A stretch of DNA of 64,000 nucleotides from Actinomycetes bacterium (lineage in GTDB: Bacteria; Actinomycetota; Acidimicrobiia; Acidimicrobiales; JAMCPL01), in assembly GCA_021846515.1 (NCBI GenBank), contig JAJZWU010000005.1, positions 4,659 through 68,658 of the forward strand, read 5' to 3'. Under the pieces are notes generated by a model, which saw nothing but the letters and a program-made list of their open reading frames with translations, had not been told where the DNA came from and did no database searches. A program made the translations under genes and the position numbers. Position 1 is the stretch's first letter. Every line of letters begins with the position of its first letter. This document shows positions 56,065-64,000 of the stretch, one piece after another.

Positions 56065-57669
56065 GTGGACAATCCAAGCTCCCATCAAAAACTGGTATTG
56101 CAGGCACCCACTACCGGGAGGGTACTTAAACGATACCTGCCTGTTGTCGTGCTTGTAGCAGCTTTCTTCGCGATAATTGGGACACTACCAAGTACCATAT
56201 CCACGGCATCCACCTCTACAAACATACCCAATGTACATGTAACGCCACCTGCTGCCCCGGGAACCCCAGGTACCACCGTAGGCGGAGTAAAGTGCAAACC
56301 GGGAGTTAGGCAACTACCATGGTCTCATTATGCTCCTATCTGCATTCCAAAATGGACTGGCAACAACGGAGGAGCTACGGCTCCCGGAGTCACGGCAAAG
56401 ACCATCACCATAACCTACCGCTATGCTGTAAGCCCAAGCGAGCAGGAACTGTACTCCCTGGTAGCACCGTCAGTTGTCGGTACCAATGCTGGGACCATAC
56501 AGGCTATGCAGGCATATATAAAGATATTCAACAAATACTTTGAGCTGTATGGAAGGAAGGTTGTACTAAAGCCCTTCACCGGCAAGGGAGACTTTCTGAA
56601 AGAAGATATGGGAGAAGATGCTGCTCAGGCAGAGGCTGATGCCGCTACCGCAAAGAGTTTGGGAGCTTTTGCAGATGTCTCCATACTGGCATCCACTCAG
56701 CTATATGACCAGTACCTTGCTCACGAACACATTATCGCTATAGGAGCCACCCTGATGCGCCAATCATGGTTTAAGCAATATGCTCCCTACGAATACTCCC
56801 CGAGTGCTCCATGCGGTGAGCTCTCCGCCGGAGCGGCAAACTTTATAGGGAGGGCTATGGCAGGCATGCCGGCAATATACGCCGGGAATAAATCAATGCA
56901 GACAGAAACAAGAAAATTCGGTATCCTGTATCCAAGCAATCCCCAGTACACCTACTGTGCCCAACAGGCTGTCAAAACTCTGGAAAGCGTATATCACGTG
57001 CATCCGGTCGTAGTGGCTTACTCTATAGATGTAGCAACACTAGCATCGGAGGCAGCCAGCATAATGGACAAGATGAAGGCTGACGGAGTAACCACAATTA
57101 TGTGCGCCTGCGATCCGGTATCTCCAATCCTGCTTACCCAGGACGCCAATGCTATGAAGTACTACCCTGAGTGGTTCTGGTTTGACATTGGTAATGCCTT
57201 TGCCAGGCTCATGAACCAGGCAGAGTGGGCACATGCTCTCGGTGGGGGTATACCCACGCCTCCGCTCAATCAACAAGGCGCCTACAAGGCATTTGAAATG
57301 GCCGATCCCGGAGTAACCCCCTCACCTACTTTTTCGGCCGTATACGAACCATTACTTCTGCTCTTCGACGGGTTGCAGGCGGCTGGCCCCGATCTGACTC
57401 CTCAGACTTTCGAGAAGGGATTCTTCAAACTGCCTCCATCTCTACCTGGCGGAATGTTTGGCTACTGGAAATTCGGCCATGACGTATTCGCCCCGGTATC
57501 AAGCGACGGAATCGTATGGTGGAGCCCTACTGCTATTAGCCCCGTCTCTGGTAAAAAGGGCGCATGGTTACCCTGCAATAATGGTAAGCAGTTTGCAGAG
57601 CTGGCTGGTGTAGCACCGGGTCTTTCCCTGCCACCTGCGCATCAGCAACTTCAATGCTTTGGGAGATAG
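56065..57669 (+). CDS. ABC transporter substrate-binding protein (LivJ / Peripla_BP_6-like), membrane-anchored
   Basis: 534 aa. N-terminal TM anchor (YLPVVVLVAAFFAIIGTL), a P/T linker and a type-I periplasmic binding fold pattern. GTG start 4 nt after the lipoprotein stop. Immediately upstream of the LIV-type transporter. Confidence 0.6.
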   Translation: MDNPSSHQKLVLQAPTTGRVLKRYLPVVVLVAAFFAIIGTLPSTISTASTSTNIPNVHVTPPAAPGTPGTTVGGVKCKPGVRQLPWSHYAPICIPKWTGNNGGATAPGVTAKTITITYRYAVSPSEQELYSLVAPSVVGTNAGTIQAMQAYIKIFNKYFELYGRKVVLKPFTGKGDFLKEDMGEDAAQAEADAATAKSLGAFADVSILASTQLYDQYLAHEHIIAIGATLMRQSWFKQYAPYEYSPSAPCGELSAGAANFIGRAMAGMPAIYAGNKSMQTETRKFGILYPSNPQYTYCAQQAVKTLESVYHVHPVVVAYSIDVATLASEAASIMDKMKADGVTTIMCACDPVSPILLTQDANAMKYYPEWFWFDIGNAFARLMNQAEWAHALGGGIPTPPLNQQGAYKAFEMADPGVTPSPTFSAVYEPLLLLFDGLQAAGPDLTPQTFEKGFFKLPPSLPGGMFGYWKFGHDVFAPVSSDGIVWWSPTAISPVSGKKGAWLPCNNGKQFAELAGVAPGLSLPPAHQQLQCFGR

Positions 57670-57702
57670 CCAAGTGTCAAATGCGCACAGAAAGAGGGGG
57701 AG

Positions 57703-60700
57703 TTGACAAAGATCCTAAGGAACGCTAATACCGGATGGCTGGTTGGCCTTCTTATTGTACTCATTGGTGGGTACTTCATAGCCAATAGTACATTGCCAAG
57801 TCACATACCCGGAGGAGTGATAGTACTGGGTATCGTCTTTGGAAGCCTGTATGCGCTGACCGCATTGGGGCTAGTGCTAATCTACCGTACTGCAAAAATA
57901 ATCAACTTTGCACAAGCAGAAATGGGTGCGATAGGAGCCTCTTCTGCCATCATCGCGGTAACTGCATTCCATTGGAACTTCTACATTGCCCTCCCGGTAG
58001 GTATTATTATCGCAATGTTGACAGGATGGGCGGCAGATGCTCTTATATCATGGCGCTTCTCGAAAGTACCGCGCCTAATACTTACTGTCGTTACCATAGG
58101 TTTACAGCAACTATTCGGCGTTGTGGCAATAGTAATGCCCACCCCCTTCCATCATCTGTCCCCAATCACCAGCTTCAGCGTGCCATGGCACCAACCATGG
58201 CATGTTGGCCCGGTAGACTTTAACGCGAATGATCTGCTGGTAATTATTGCGGTCCCTGTGGTCTTGATAGCCTTGTGGTGGTTCCTGGAAAAGACTCCAA
58301 CCGGTACTGCCATAAGAGCCAGTTCTGATTCGCAAGACAGGGCTTTGCTGCTGGGTATCCCAGTAAGAAGGCTGTCGCGGATAGTATGGATGCTGGCTGC
58401 CGGTATCGCCGGAATAGGAGCAATTCTAGCTGCACCAATTACCTTTCCCAGTCTGGGCGTCATCGCCGGACCATCATCATTGCTAATACCTTTGGCTGCC
58501 GCAGTAGTAGGAGGGATGGAAAGCCTGCCGGTTACGTTTGTGGCCGCTATAGTACTTGGGATATTCCAACAAGCTGCATTCTGGTCATATCCGAAGGCCC
58601 CCTTTGTGGACCTCGCGATGTTTGTAGTGGTAATCGTATCCCTCCTCGTACAGCCATACACGCCCATTGCAAGGAGACGAAAGACCAGAGTAACAGGGGA
58701 TGAGCTTGGAGATTACATAGCAACTCGTGAAGTAAAACCGATCCCCCCGGTCATTGCCAGATTGCCGGTAGTACGCATCTCCAAGGCAACCCTGATAGCG
58801 CTCCTACTGGCAGCAGCAATATTCATACCGGTTGCCATGTCCGAGAGCCAGCTCGTACTGGTCGCAAATATAGTCATATTCGCAATCATCGCAGTATCAC
58901 TTGTAATGCTGACCGGGTGGTCAGGGCAGGTAAGTCTGGGGCAATTTGCCTTCGTAGGTGTAGGATCAGCCGTAACGGGTGCATTATTGGTCCACGCTCA
59001 TGTCGACATGTGGCTGGCTCTTGTTGCATCTGCCCTAACGGGAGCCATAGCGGCACTGGTAATAGGTTTGCCCGCACTTCGACTTCCGGGACTGTTTCTC
59101 GCTGTCGCTACACTGGCATTTGCCGTGCCGGTCTCTACCTGGTTGCTCAATTCCAGCCAATTCCCTCTGCTGAATCCAAATGATGTTCCGCGTCCGGTAT
59201 TGTTTGGCAAGATCCCGCTCACCTCATCTCTGGCTTTTTATGAGCTATGCCTGGCCGTGCTGGTAGGCAGTATTATATTTGTATACAACTTAAGACGGAG
59301 CCGTACAGGTAGAGCATCTATAGCTACTCGCGACAACGCCAATGCTGCCAGCTCATTTTCCATCAGTACCATCAAGAACCGTACGTTAATTTTCGCTATT
59401 TCGGGAGCGCTTGCCGGAATAGCCGGCGGCCTATACGTAATAGCCCTGCAGGGAATAGGAAGCGCCGGTTTCCCGGCAGAAGAAAGCCTGGTCGTATTTA
59501 CCATGGTGGTGCTGGGTGGTCTCGGTAGCATTACCGGGGCAGTAATTGGAGCTGTATACGTGCAATTCGTAAGTACCTACCTCTCCAGTGCCTGGCAGCT
59601 CTTGGCCACCGGAGCCGGCATACTTATAGTATTGGCCATCATCCCGGAAGGACTCGGCTATATGTTCTATCGCCTGCGTGATGTAGCGTTAAATATGATC
59701 ACAAGGGGCAAAGACATATCCATGGTTGATTCACCCCTATCGGCGGGGTTGGCAACAGGCGGGGGCGACATAATTACCGGATCCTCCAGCGAGCCAATGG
59801 CCGAATCTGCTATTTCAAAGACGGCTATGAGACTGGAGGCACTCGAAGCACTTGACGAAGCTCAACGGGAAGCAGCGCGTAGCCAACGACCATCAGATAA
59901 TGTAACGTTGCAGGAGGCTACCGATGGCGTGCTACCATCTAGCCACTCAGCAGGAACCGATAAGTCTGGCGATACACCGTCCGTTACCACTTCTGTGCAA
60001 GCTATTACCTGCACAGGGGTAGACGCTTCGTACGGGAAGGTGAAGGTGCTAAGCGGTATTAATATGCATGTCGATACAGGAGAGATCCTCGCCCTGCTTG
60101 GTACCAACGGAGCAGGTAAATCCACTGTATTAAGGGTTGTATCTGGGCTACTCCCGGCAGATAGTGGCGTAGTCAGCCTCTACGGTCAGGATATCTCTCA
60201 CCTGTCTCCAATCGATAGGGTGCGCCAAGGGTTGGTAACAGTACCTGGCGGACAGGGCGTGTTCCCCTCTCTGACTGTCGAAGAAAACCTTCAAATGGGT
60301 GGATGGATATACAGAAGGCACGATAACGGACAACTCGTGTCGGGCAGAGAAAGGGTGCTCGACCTCTTTCCTGCCTTACGCAATCGTCTCTCTGTCCGAG
60401 CCGGACTTCTCTCGGGTGGTGAGCAACAAATGCTGGCCATTGCACAGTCACTTCTATGCAAACCAAAAATCATCCTGATAGATGAACTTTCACTTGGGCT
60501 TGCCCCAGCTGTAGTAGGTGTCCTCCTTGAAGCTATACGTAAACTCGCCGAAGAAGGGATGACTATTGTAGTAGTCGAGCAATCAATTAATATCGCTACC
60601 GCAATAGCAAAACGTGCAATATTTCTGGAAAGAGGCAGGGTGCAATTCTCCGGTAGTACACCGAGCCTGGCAGAACAGCCTAATCTTCTCAGGTCAGTGT

Positions 60701-61707
60701 TCTTGCGTGCAGCAAGTAAATCACTTAGGCGATCCGGTGAATACGGCGAGACTCAACAGGATGGACATCAATCTGCCGTCACAGACATACTGCTCGGAAG
60801 AGCACCTGCCGACCTCTCTGTCCAGTCTTCCAGGGACAGTAGCCTGCAAGGTACAGAGAAGGCAGCAAGCTACCCGGGAAGCGATATCCCGTCTATGGAA
60901 ATAAGGGATGTCTACAAGCATTATGGAGGCATCTCGGTACTGGATGGTGTAAATCTGTCGGTTGCAAAAGGTGAAATAGTTGGCCTTATAGGAGTAAACG
61001 GTTCCGGCAAGACTACACTTTTTGACATATGTTGCGGTTACAATATACCTGACAGCGGTCATATCTTCATGAATGGTCACGATGTAACTGAGTACCCCGC
61101 CCACAAGAGAGCAGCAAGAGGACTTGGAAGGGTATTCCAGGATGCCCGAGTATTTCCCTCTATGACAGTCTTAGAGGCAATTGAAGTCTCTCTTGAGCGT
61201 TTAGTGGAGATAAGAGACCCATTGCTTGGCGGACTAAACACGATATCGGCCTCAGACTCTGAACTTGCCGTCAAAATGCGGGCGGAACAACTCATTGAAG
61301 AGTTTAATCTGGGTAAATGGCGTAACAGCTTTGTCTCTGAATTATCAATAGGAACCCGCAGGATAGTAGAACTTACCTGCATAATGGCTCACCAACCTGA
61401 CCTCCTTCTGCTTGACGAACCATCTTCTGGAATAGCACAAAGAGAGAGTGAGGCGCTTGGAGAACTGCTCGTTTCACTCAGAGATCAAAGTGGAGCAACA
61501 TTTTTTATTATCGAACACGACGTACCTCTAGTTTCCTCAATAGCCGATAGGCTGGCCTGCCTGCATCTTGGCACAGTCATAACCGAAGGGAGTCCTGCCG
61601 ATGTGCTGAACAATGCAGATGTGATTGCAGCTTATCTTGGAACAGACAAAGATGCAATAGCTCGCTCGTCTTCCTCCCAAGGTTCTCCAAGCCAGAGCTT
61701 CGTTTGA
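57703..61707 (+). CDS. Single-polypeptide branched-chain-amino-acid-type (HAAT) ABC importer: LivH-like + LivM-like permeases + LivF-like + LivG-like ATPases
   Basis: Uninterrupted 1334-codon ORF with a TTG start after AGAGGGGGAG. Permease 1 carries LIYRTAKIINFAQAEMG and permease 2 carries LTGWSGQVSLGQFAFVGVG. NBD1 has GTNGAGKST, LSGGEQQ and ILIDELSLGLAP. NBD2 has GVNGSGKTT, LSIGTRR and LLLLDEPSSGIA. Confidence 0.85.
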   Translation: MTKILRNANTGWLVGLLIVLIGGYFIANSTLPSHIPGGVIVLGIVFGSLYALTALGLVLIYRTAKIINFAQAEMGAIGASSAIIAVTAFHWNFYIALPVGIIIAMLTGWAADALISWRFSKVPRLILTVVTIGLQQLFGVVAIVMPTPFHHLSPITSFSVPWHQPWHVGPVDFNANDLLVIIAVPVVLIALWWFLEKTPTGTAIRASSDSQDRALLLGIPVRRLSRIVWMLAAGIAGIGAILAAPITFPSLGVIAGPSSLLIPLAAAVVGGMESLPVTFVAAIVLGIFQQAAFWSYPKAPFVDLAMFVVVIVSLLVQPYTPIARRRKTRVTGDELGDYIATREVKPIPPVIARLPVVRISKATLIALLLAAAIFIPVAMSESQLVLVANIVIFAIIAVSLVMLTGWSGQVSLGQFAFVGVGSAVTGALLVHAHVDMWLALVASALTGAIAALVIGLPALRLPGLFLAVATLAFAVPVSTWLLNSSQFPLLNPNDVPRPVLFGKIPLTSSLAFYELCLAVLVGSIIFVYNLRRSRTGRASIATRDNANAASSFSISTIKNRTLIFAISGALAGIAGGLYVIALQGIGSAGFPAEESLVVFTMVVLGGLGSITGAVIGAVYVQFVSTYLSSAWQLLATGAGILIVLAIIPEGLGYMFYRLRDVALNMITRGKDISMVDSPLSAGLATGGGDIITGSSSEPMAESAISKTAMRLEALEALDEAQREAARSQRPSDNVTLQEATDGVLPSSHSAGTDKSGDTPSVTTSVQAITCTGVDASYGKVKVLSGINMHVDTGEILALLGTNGAGKSTVLRVVSGLLPADSGVVSLYGQDISHLSPIDRVRQGLVTVPGGQGVFPSLTVEENLQMGGWIYRRHDNGQLVSGRERVLDLFPALRNRLSVRAGLLSGGEQQMLAIAQSLLCKPKIILIDELSLGLAPAVVGVLLEAIRKLAEEGMTIVVVEQSINIATAIAKRAIFLERGRVQFSGSTPSLAEQPNLLRSVFLRAASKSLRRSGEYGETQQDGHQSAVTDILLGRAPADLSVQSSRDSSLQGTEKAASYPGSDIPSMEIRDVYKHYGGISVLDGVNLSVAKGEIVGLIGVNGSGKTTLFDICCGYNIPDSGHIFMNGHDVTEYPAHKRAARGLGRVFQDARVFPSMTVLEAIEVSLERLVEIRDPLLGGLNTISASDSELAVKMRAEQLIEEFNLGKWRNSFVSELSIGTRRIVELTCIMAHQPDLLLLDEPSSGIAQRESEALGELLVSLRDQSGATFFIIEHDVPLVSSIADRLACLHLGTVITEGSPADVLNNADVIAAYLGTDKDAIARSSSSQGSPSQSFV

Positions 61708-61766
61708 GATCATCTTTTTTGGCCACAGCCCTATCCACAGTGGCACCAGCCATTTTCCCTGCCAGC

Positions 61767-61856
61767 TCAGAGCTTATCTGGAAAGAGCATGGCATAAAAG
61801 AGGAATACCAGCAATGCCACACCGACTATCAAACCAATCCACTCGAACGCACTCAT
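61767..61856 (-). CDS. kdpF: KdpF-like 29-aa hydrophobic peptide (not in ORF track)
   Basis: Translates to MSAFEWIGLIVGVALLVFLFYAMLFPDKL. It closely resembles the KdpF family (for example, mycobacterial KdpF ends ...VALMAFLFAALLFPEKF). GAGG SD about 9 nt upstream. Confidence 0.7.
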   Translation of the reverse strand: MSAFEWIGLIVGVALLVFLFYAMLFPDKL

Positions 61857-61872
61857 AGTCCACTACCTCGAT

Positions 61873-61965
61873 TCACAGCTTATCTATTCCCTTCGCATAG
61901 GCCACAAAGAGCCAGAAAATAATTGCAACCACTACTATAGCCAGCAAATAATAGACCACATACAT
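61873..61965 (-). CDS. Second small hydrophobic peptide (30 aa), divergent KdpF-like
   Basis: Translates to MYVVYYLLAIVVVAIIFWLFVAYAKGIDKL. The ATG lies 4 nt after the kdpC stop, and the GGAGG just before that stop could serve as its SD. It has a single TM helix and the same C-terminal DKL as the neighbouring KdpF. Confidence 0.5.
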   Translation of the reverse strand: MYVVYYLLAIVVVAIIFWLFVAYAKGIDKL

Positions 61966-61969
61966 CACA

Positions 61970-62590
61970 TCACCTCCTGCTACTTCCACTTTGCGCAGTA
62001 TATGCACCCGGTACATGGGCTATTTTGAGAATAGAGAGATTTAATGACAATACATTAACGTATGGATGGCCAAAAATGCCCACAAACCTGCCGCGGATGT
62101 GGCTGGATATGATCTCACGCAGCGTAGACTGAGGCAGGTGATCTGCGGCTGCAATCCTGGGTACCTGTATGTAAGCCGATGCAGGCGTGATATCAGGATC
62201 CAGCCCGCTATCCGAGCTTTCCACAAGACTTATCGGTATCTGGCTGGCTTTTACCCCTGGGTTTTCTTTCAAGAATGCCTTAACCCGAGCTTTAATGTGC
62301 TCTATGAGCAGTTTATTGGTCGGCCCCAGATTGGATGCACTGGAATCTGCTGCGTTATAAGAGGGGGTAGTGGCGCTGGGTCTCCCCTGGAAGAATCCCG
62401 CAGAGGTGAACTGCTCACCAATCAACCTTGAGCCCACCACGCGACCATCATAATGCACCAAACTACCATTTGCCTGCCCGGAGAAAAGTACCTCGGCAAT
62501 ACCGGTCATCCCCAATGTATACACCAACCCCAGAAACAGGCAGGAGAGCAATACCAGCTTGGCGCTCGTCCACAGCATCCTCATATTCAC
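61970..62590 (-). CDS. kdpC: Potassium-transporting ATPase subunit C
   Basis: 206 aa. N-terminal TM helix, SNLGPTN and SDSGLDPDITPASA motifs typical of KdpC. GTG start with an AAAGGAGGAG SD. Confidence 0.9.
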   Translation of the reverse strand: MNMRMLWTSAKLVLLSCLFLGLVYTLGMTGIAEVLFSGQANGSLVHYDGRVVGSRLIGEQFTSAGFFQGRPSATTPSYNAADSSASNLGPTNKLLIEHIKARVKAFLKENPGVKASQIPISLVESSDSGLDPDITPASAYIQVPRIAAADHLPQSTLREIISSHIRGRFVGIFGHPYVNVLSLNLSILKIAHVPGAYTAQSGSSRR

Positions 62591-62711
62591 GAGAGGCTCC
62601 TCCTTTCACGGATATTACCCATACACCCTAACCCCGAGTCTTTCATCGCAAATCACCATATCCCTGGAACATATAAATCTCACACCCATGCCTACTCTAT
62701 GTCCAACCATC

Positions 62712-64000
62712 TCAATGTACCCCTGTCGATACCAGATGCAACGCCGTAACTATCATGTCTATAAGTTTTATGCCTATGAATGGAGCAATAAGACCACCGA
62801 GGCCGTAGATAAGGATATTCCTGCGTAAAAGCGTTGCCGCCGATGATGGCCTATACTTCACTCCTTTTAGAGCCAGCGGTATCAGTATGGGGATGATTAG
62901 GGCATTGAATATAATTGCAGAGAGGATAGCCGTCTGTGGCGATGTCAGGCGCATGATGTTCAAAGCCCCCAGACTGACTACCTTGTGTCCCGATACATAC
63001 AATGCTACGAACATTGCAGGAATGATGGCAAAGTACTTAGCGATATCGTTGGTAATCGAGAAAGTAGTCAGAGAACCTCTGGTGATCAGGATCTGCTTCC
63101 CCACCTCTACAATTTCGATGAGTTTCGTGGGATTGGAATCCAGATCAATCATATTGCCTGCCTCACGGGCAGCCATAGTGCCTGTATTCATTGCTACCGC
63201 TACATCGGCATTTGCAAGCGCTGGAGCATCGTTTGTACCGTCTCCCACCATGGCAACCATATAACCTTCAGACTTCATCTGGCGAACATACTCCATCTTC
63301 TTTTCCGGAGTGGCTTCCGACAGAAAGTCGTCCACTCCCACCTCTTTTGCAATGGCTTCAGCTGTCACCGGGTTGTCACCCGTAATCATTACCGTCCTAA
63401 TGCCCGCTGCCCTTAGAGCGGCAAGTTTCTCCTGTATGCCCTCCTTTACCACGTCTTTTAGATGTATTGCACCCAAAATATTCTTCCCCTCGGATACAAG
63501 TAAGGGAGTACCTCCCGATCTGGCAATACGCTCTATAGCCGCGCCCAGCGCCGGATCGGTCTGGCAACCTGTCCAGCTACAGACGGAGTCTACCGCACCC
63601 TTCCTTATCTCCCTACCCATGTAGTTGACACCACTCATCCTCGTCTCTGCACTGAACGGAACAAACTCCACCTCATGCTCCGGCAGGTCTACCGCCCTCA
63701 AACCGTACTTCTCTTTAGCCAGCACCACTACCGACCTGCCTTCAGGTGTCTCATCGGCCAACGAAGAGAGCTGGGCGGCTTCGGCGAGGCTGCGCTCGGA
63801 TACTCCTGTAGTGGGTATGAATTCGGTTGCCTCACGGTTTCCTATAGTAAGAGTTCCCGTCTTATCCAGCATGATTACATTGGCATCACCTGCTGCCTCC
63901 ACGGCTCTTCCGGAGAGTGCCAGTACATTTCGCTCAAATAGCCTGTTCATGCCGGATATGCCTATAGCAGAGAGGAGACCACCTATGGTAGTAGGCGCCA
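62712..64000 (-). CDS. kdpB: Potassium-transporting P-type ATPase subunit B (5' end outside the window)
   Basis: DKTGTLT phosphorylation motif, [10 protein letters not shown] and [11 protein letters not shown]. The reading frame stays open to the window edge (…[20 protein letters not shown]…), so the gene is partial. Confidence 0.9.
   Translation of the reverse strand, partial: APTTIGGLLSAIGISGMNRLFERNVLALSGRAVEAAGDANVIMLDKTGTLTIGNREATEFIPTTGVSERSLAEAAQLSSLADETPEGRSVVVLAKEKYGLRAVDLPEHEVEFVPFSAETRMSGVNYMGREIRKGAVDSVCSWTGCQTDPALGAAIERIARSGGTPLLVSEGKNILGAIHLKDVVKEGIQEKLAALRAAGIRTVMITGDNPVTAEAIAKEVGVDDFLSEATPEKKMEYVRQMKSEGYMVAMVGDGTNDAPALANADVAVAMNTGTMAAREAGNMIDLDSNPTKLIEIVEVGKQILITRGSLTTFSITNDIAKYFAIIPAMFVALYVSGHKVVSLGALNIMRLTSPQTAILSAIIFNALIIPILIPLALKGVKYRPSSAATLLRRNILIYGLGGLIAPFIGIKLIDMIVTALHLVSTGVH

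Noticed and set aside
61715-61744. Hairpin GCCAC-N13-GTGGC between the ABC gene and kdpF, considered as a bidirectional terminator.
   Set aside because: The T-run (61715-61720) precedes the stem on the plus strand and becomes an A-run after the stem on the minus strand. Neither transcript therefore has a hairpin followed by a U-tract.
62591-62711. A 31-codon ORF in the 121-nt kdpB-kdpC spacer, considered as a KdpG/KdpF-like peptide.
   Set aside because: It translates to MVGHRVGMGVRFICSRDMVICDERLGVRVYG. This is not hydrophobic, has no SD and does not resemble known small Kdp subunits.
1-64000. A search for tRNA/rRNA genes, CRISPR arrays, transposases, integrases, phage genes or known defence systems other than hipBA.
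   Set aside because: None was recognised by eye. The intergenic regions are short (mostly under 270 nt) and contain no tRNA-like T-loop/acceptor patterns and no regularly spaced repeats. The window looks like core chromosome rather than an accessory island.

Overview
This is a gene-dense 64-kb chromosomal segment with about 45 protein genes on both strands. I saw no rRNA, tRNA, CRISPR array, transposase or integrase. It reads like core genome of a moderate-GC actinobacterium. The lineage call is an inference from synteny, since no search was possible: pgsA1-acyltransferase-pimA, then pdxS-pdxT-yebC, coaE-uvrB, korAB, an AftD-like DUF3367 glycosyltransferase, and several apparently leaderless genes.

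Content from left to right:
- hipBA toxin-antitoxin pair with a 42-bp palindromic operator candidate.
- Nramp transporter whose promoter and start codon are covered by a near-consensus IdeR/DtxR box.
- ddl, a CDP-alcohol phosphatidyltransferase, a fused ManC/ManB and korAB.
- A kdp regulatory module (TM-less KdpD, KdpE, short KdpD-N/Usp protein) about 47 kb away from the kdp pump genes.
- yebC-pdxT-pdxS, an M48 protease and PI/PIM lipid genes.
- An EF-G paralogue with altered GTPase motifs.
- An AIM24 protein next to a Zn-ribbon P/Q-rich membrane protein.
- A partial cobalamin cluster (cobL, cbiG-cobJ, ferredoxin-cobH fusion, cbiX).
- aldh, thrB, a PBP, a methyltransferase, ftsK-rnj-uvrB-coaE and a second methyltransferase.
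- A 1645-aa AftD-like protein, a glpK-like kinase and a MerR regulator.
- A perfect consensus promoter driving a 1057-aa secreted IPT/TIG protein that carries three copies of an unnamed module.
- A lipoprotein, a substrate-binding protein and a 1334-aa single-chain LivH-LivM-LivF-LivG ABC importer.
- kdpB (partial) and kdpC, followed by two unannotated KdpF-like micro-ORFs.

No obvious mobile or defence island is present. The most interesting items are the single-chain ABC importer, the split kdp sensor arrangement with the KdpF peptides, the repeated unnamed surface-protein module, the ferredoxin-CobH fusion and the EF-G paralogue.
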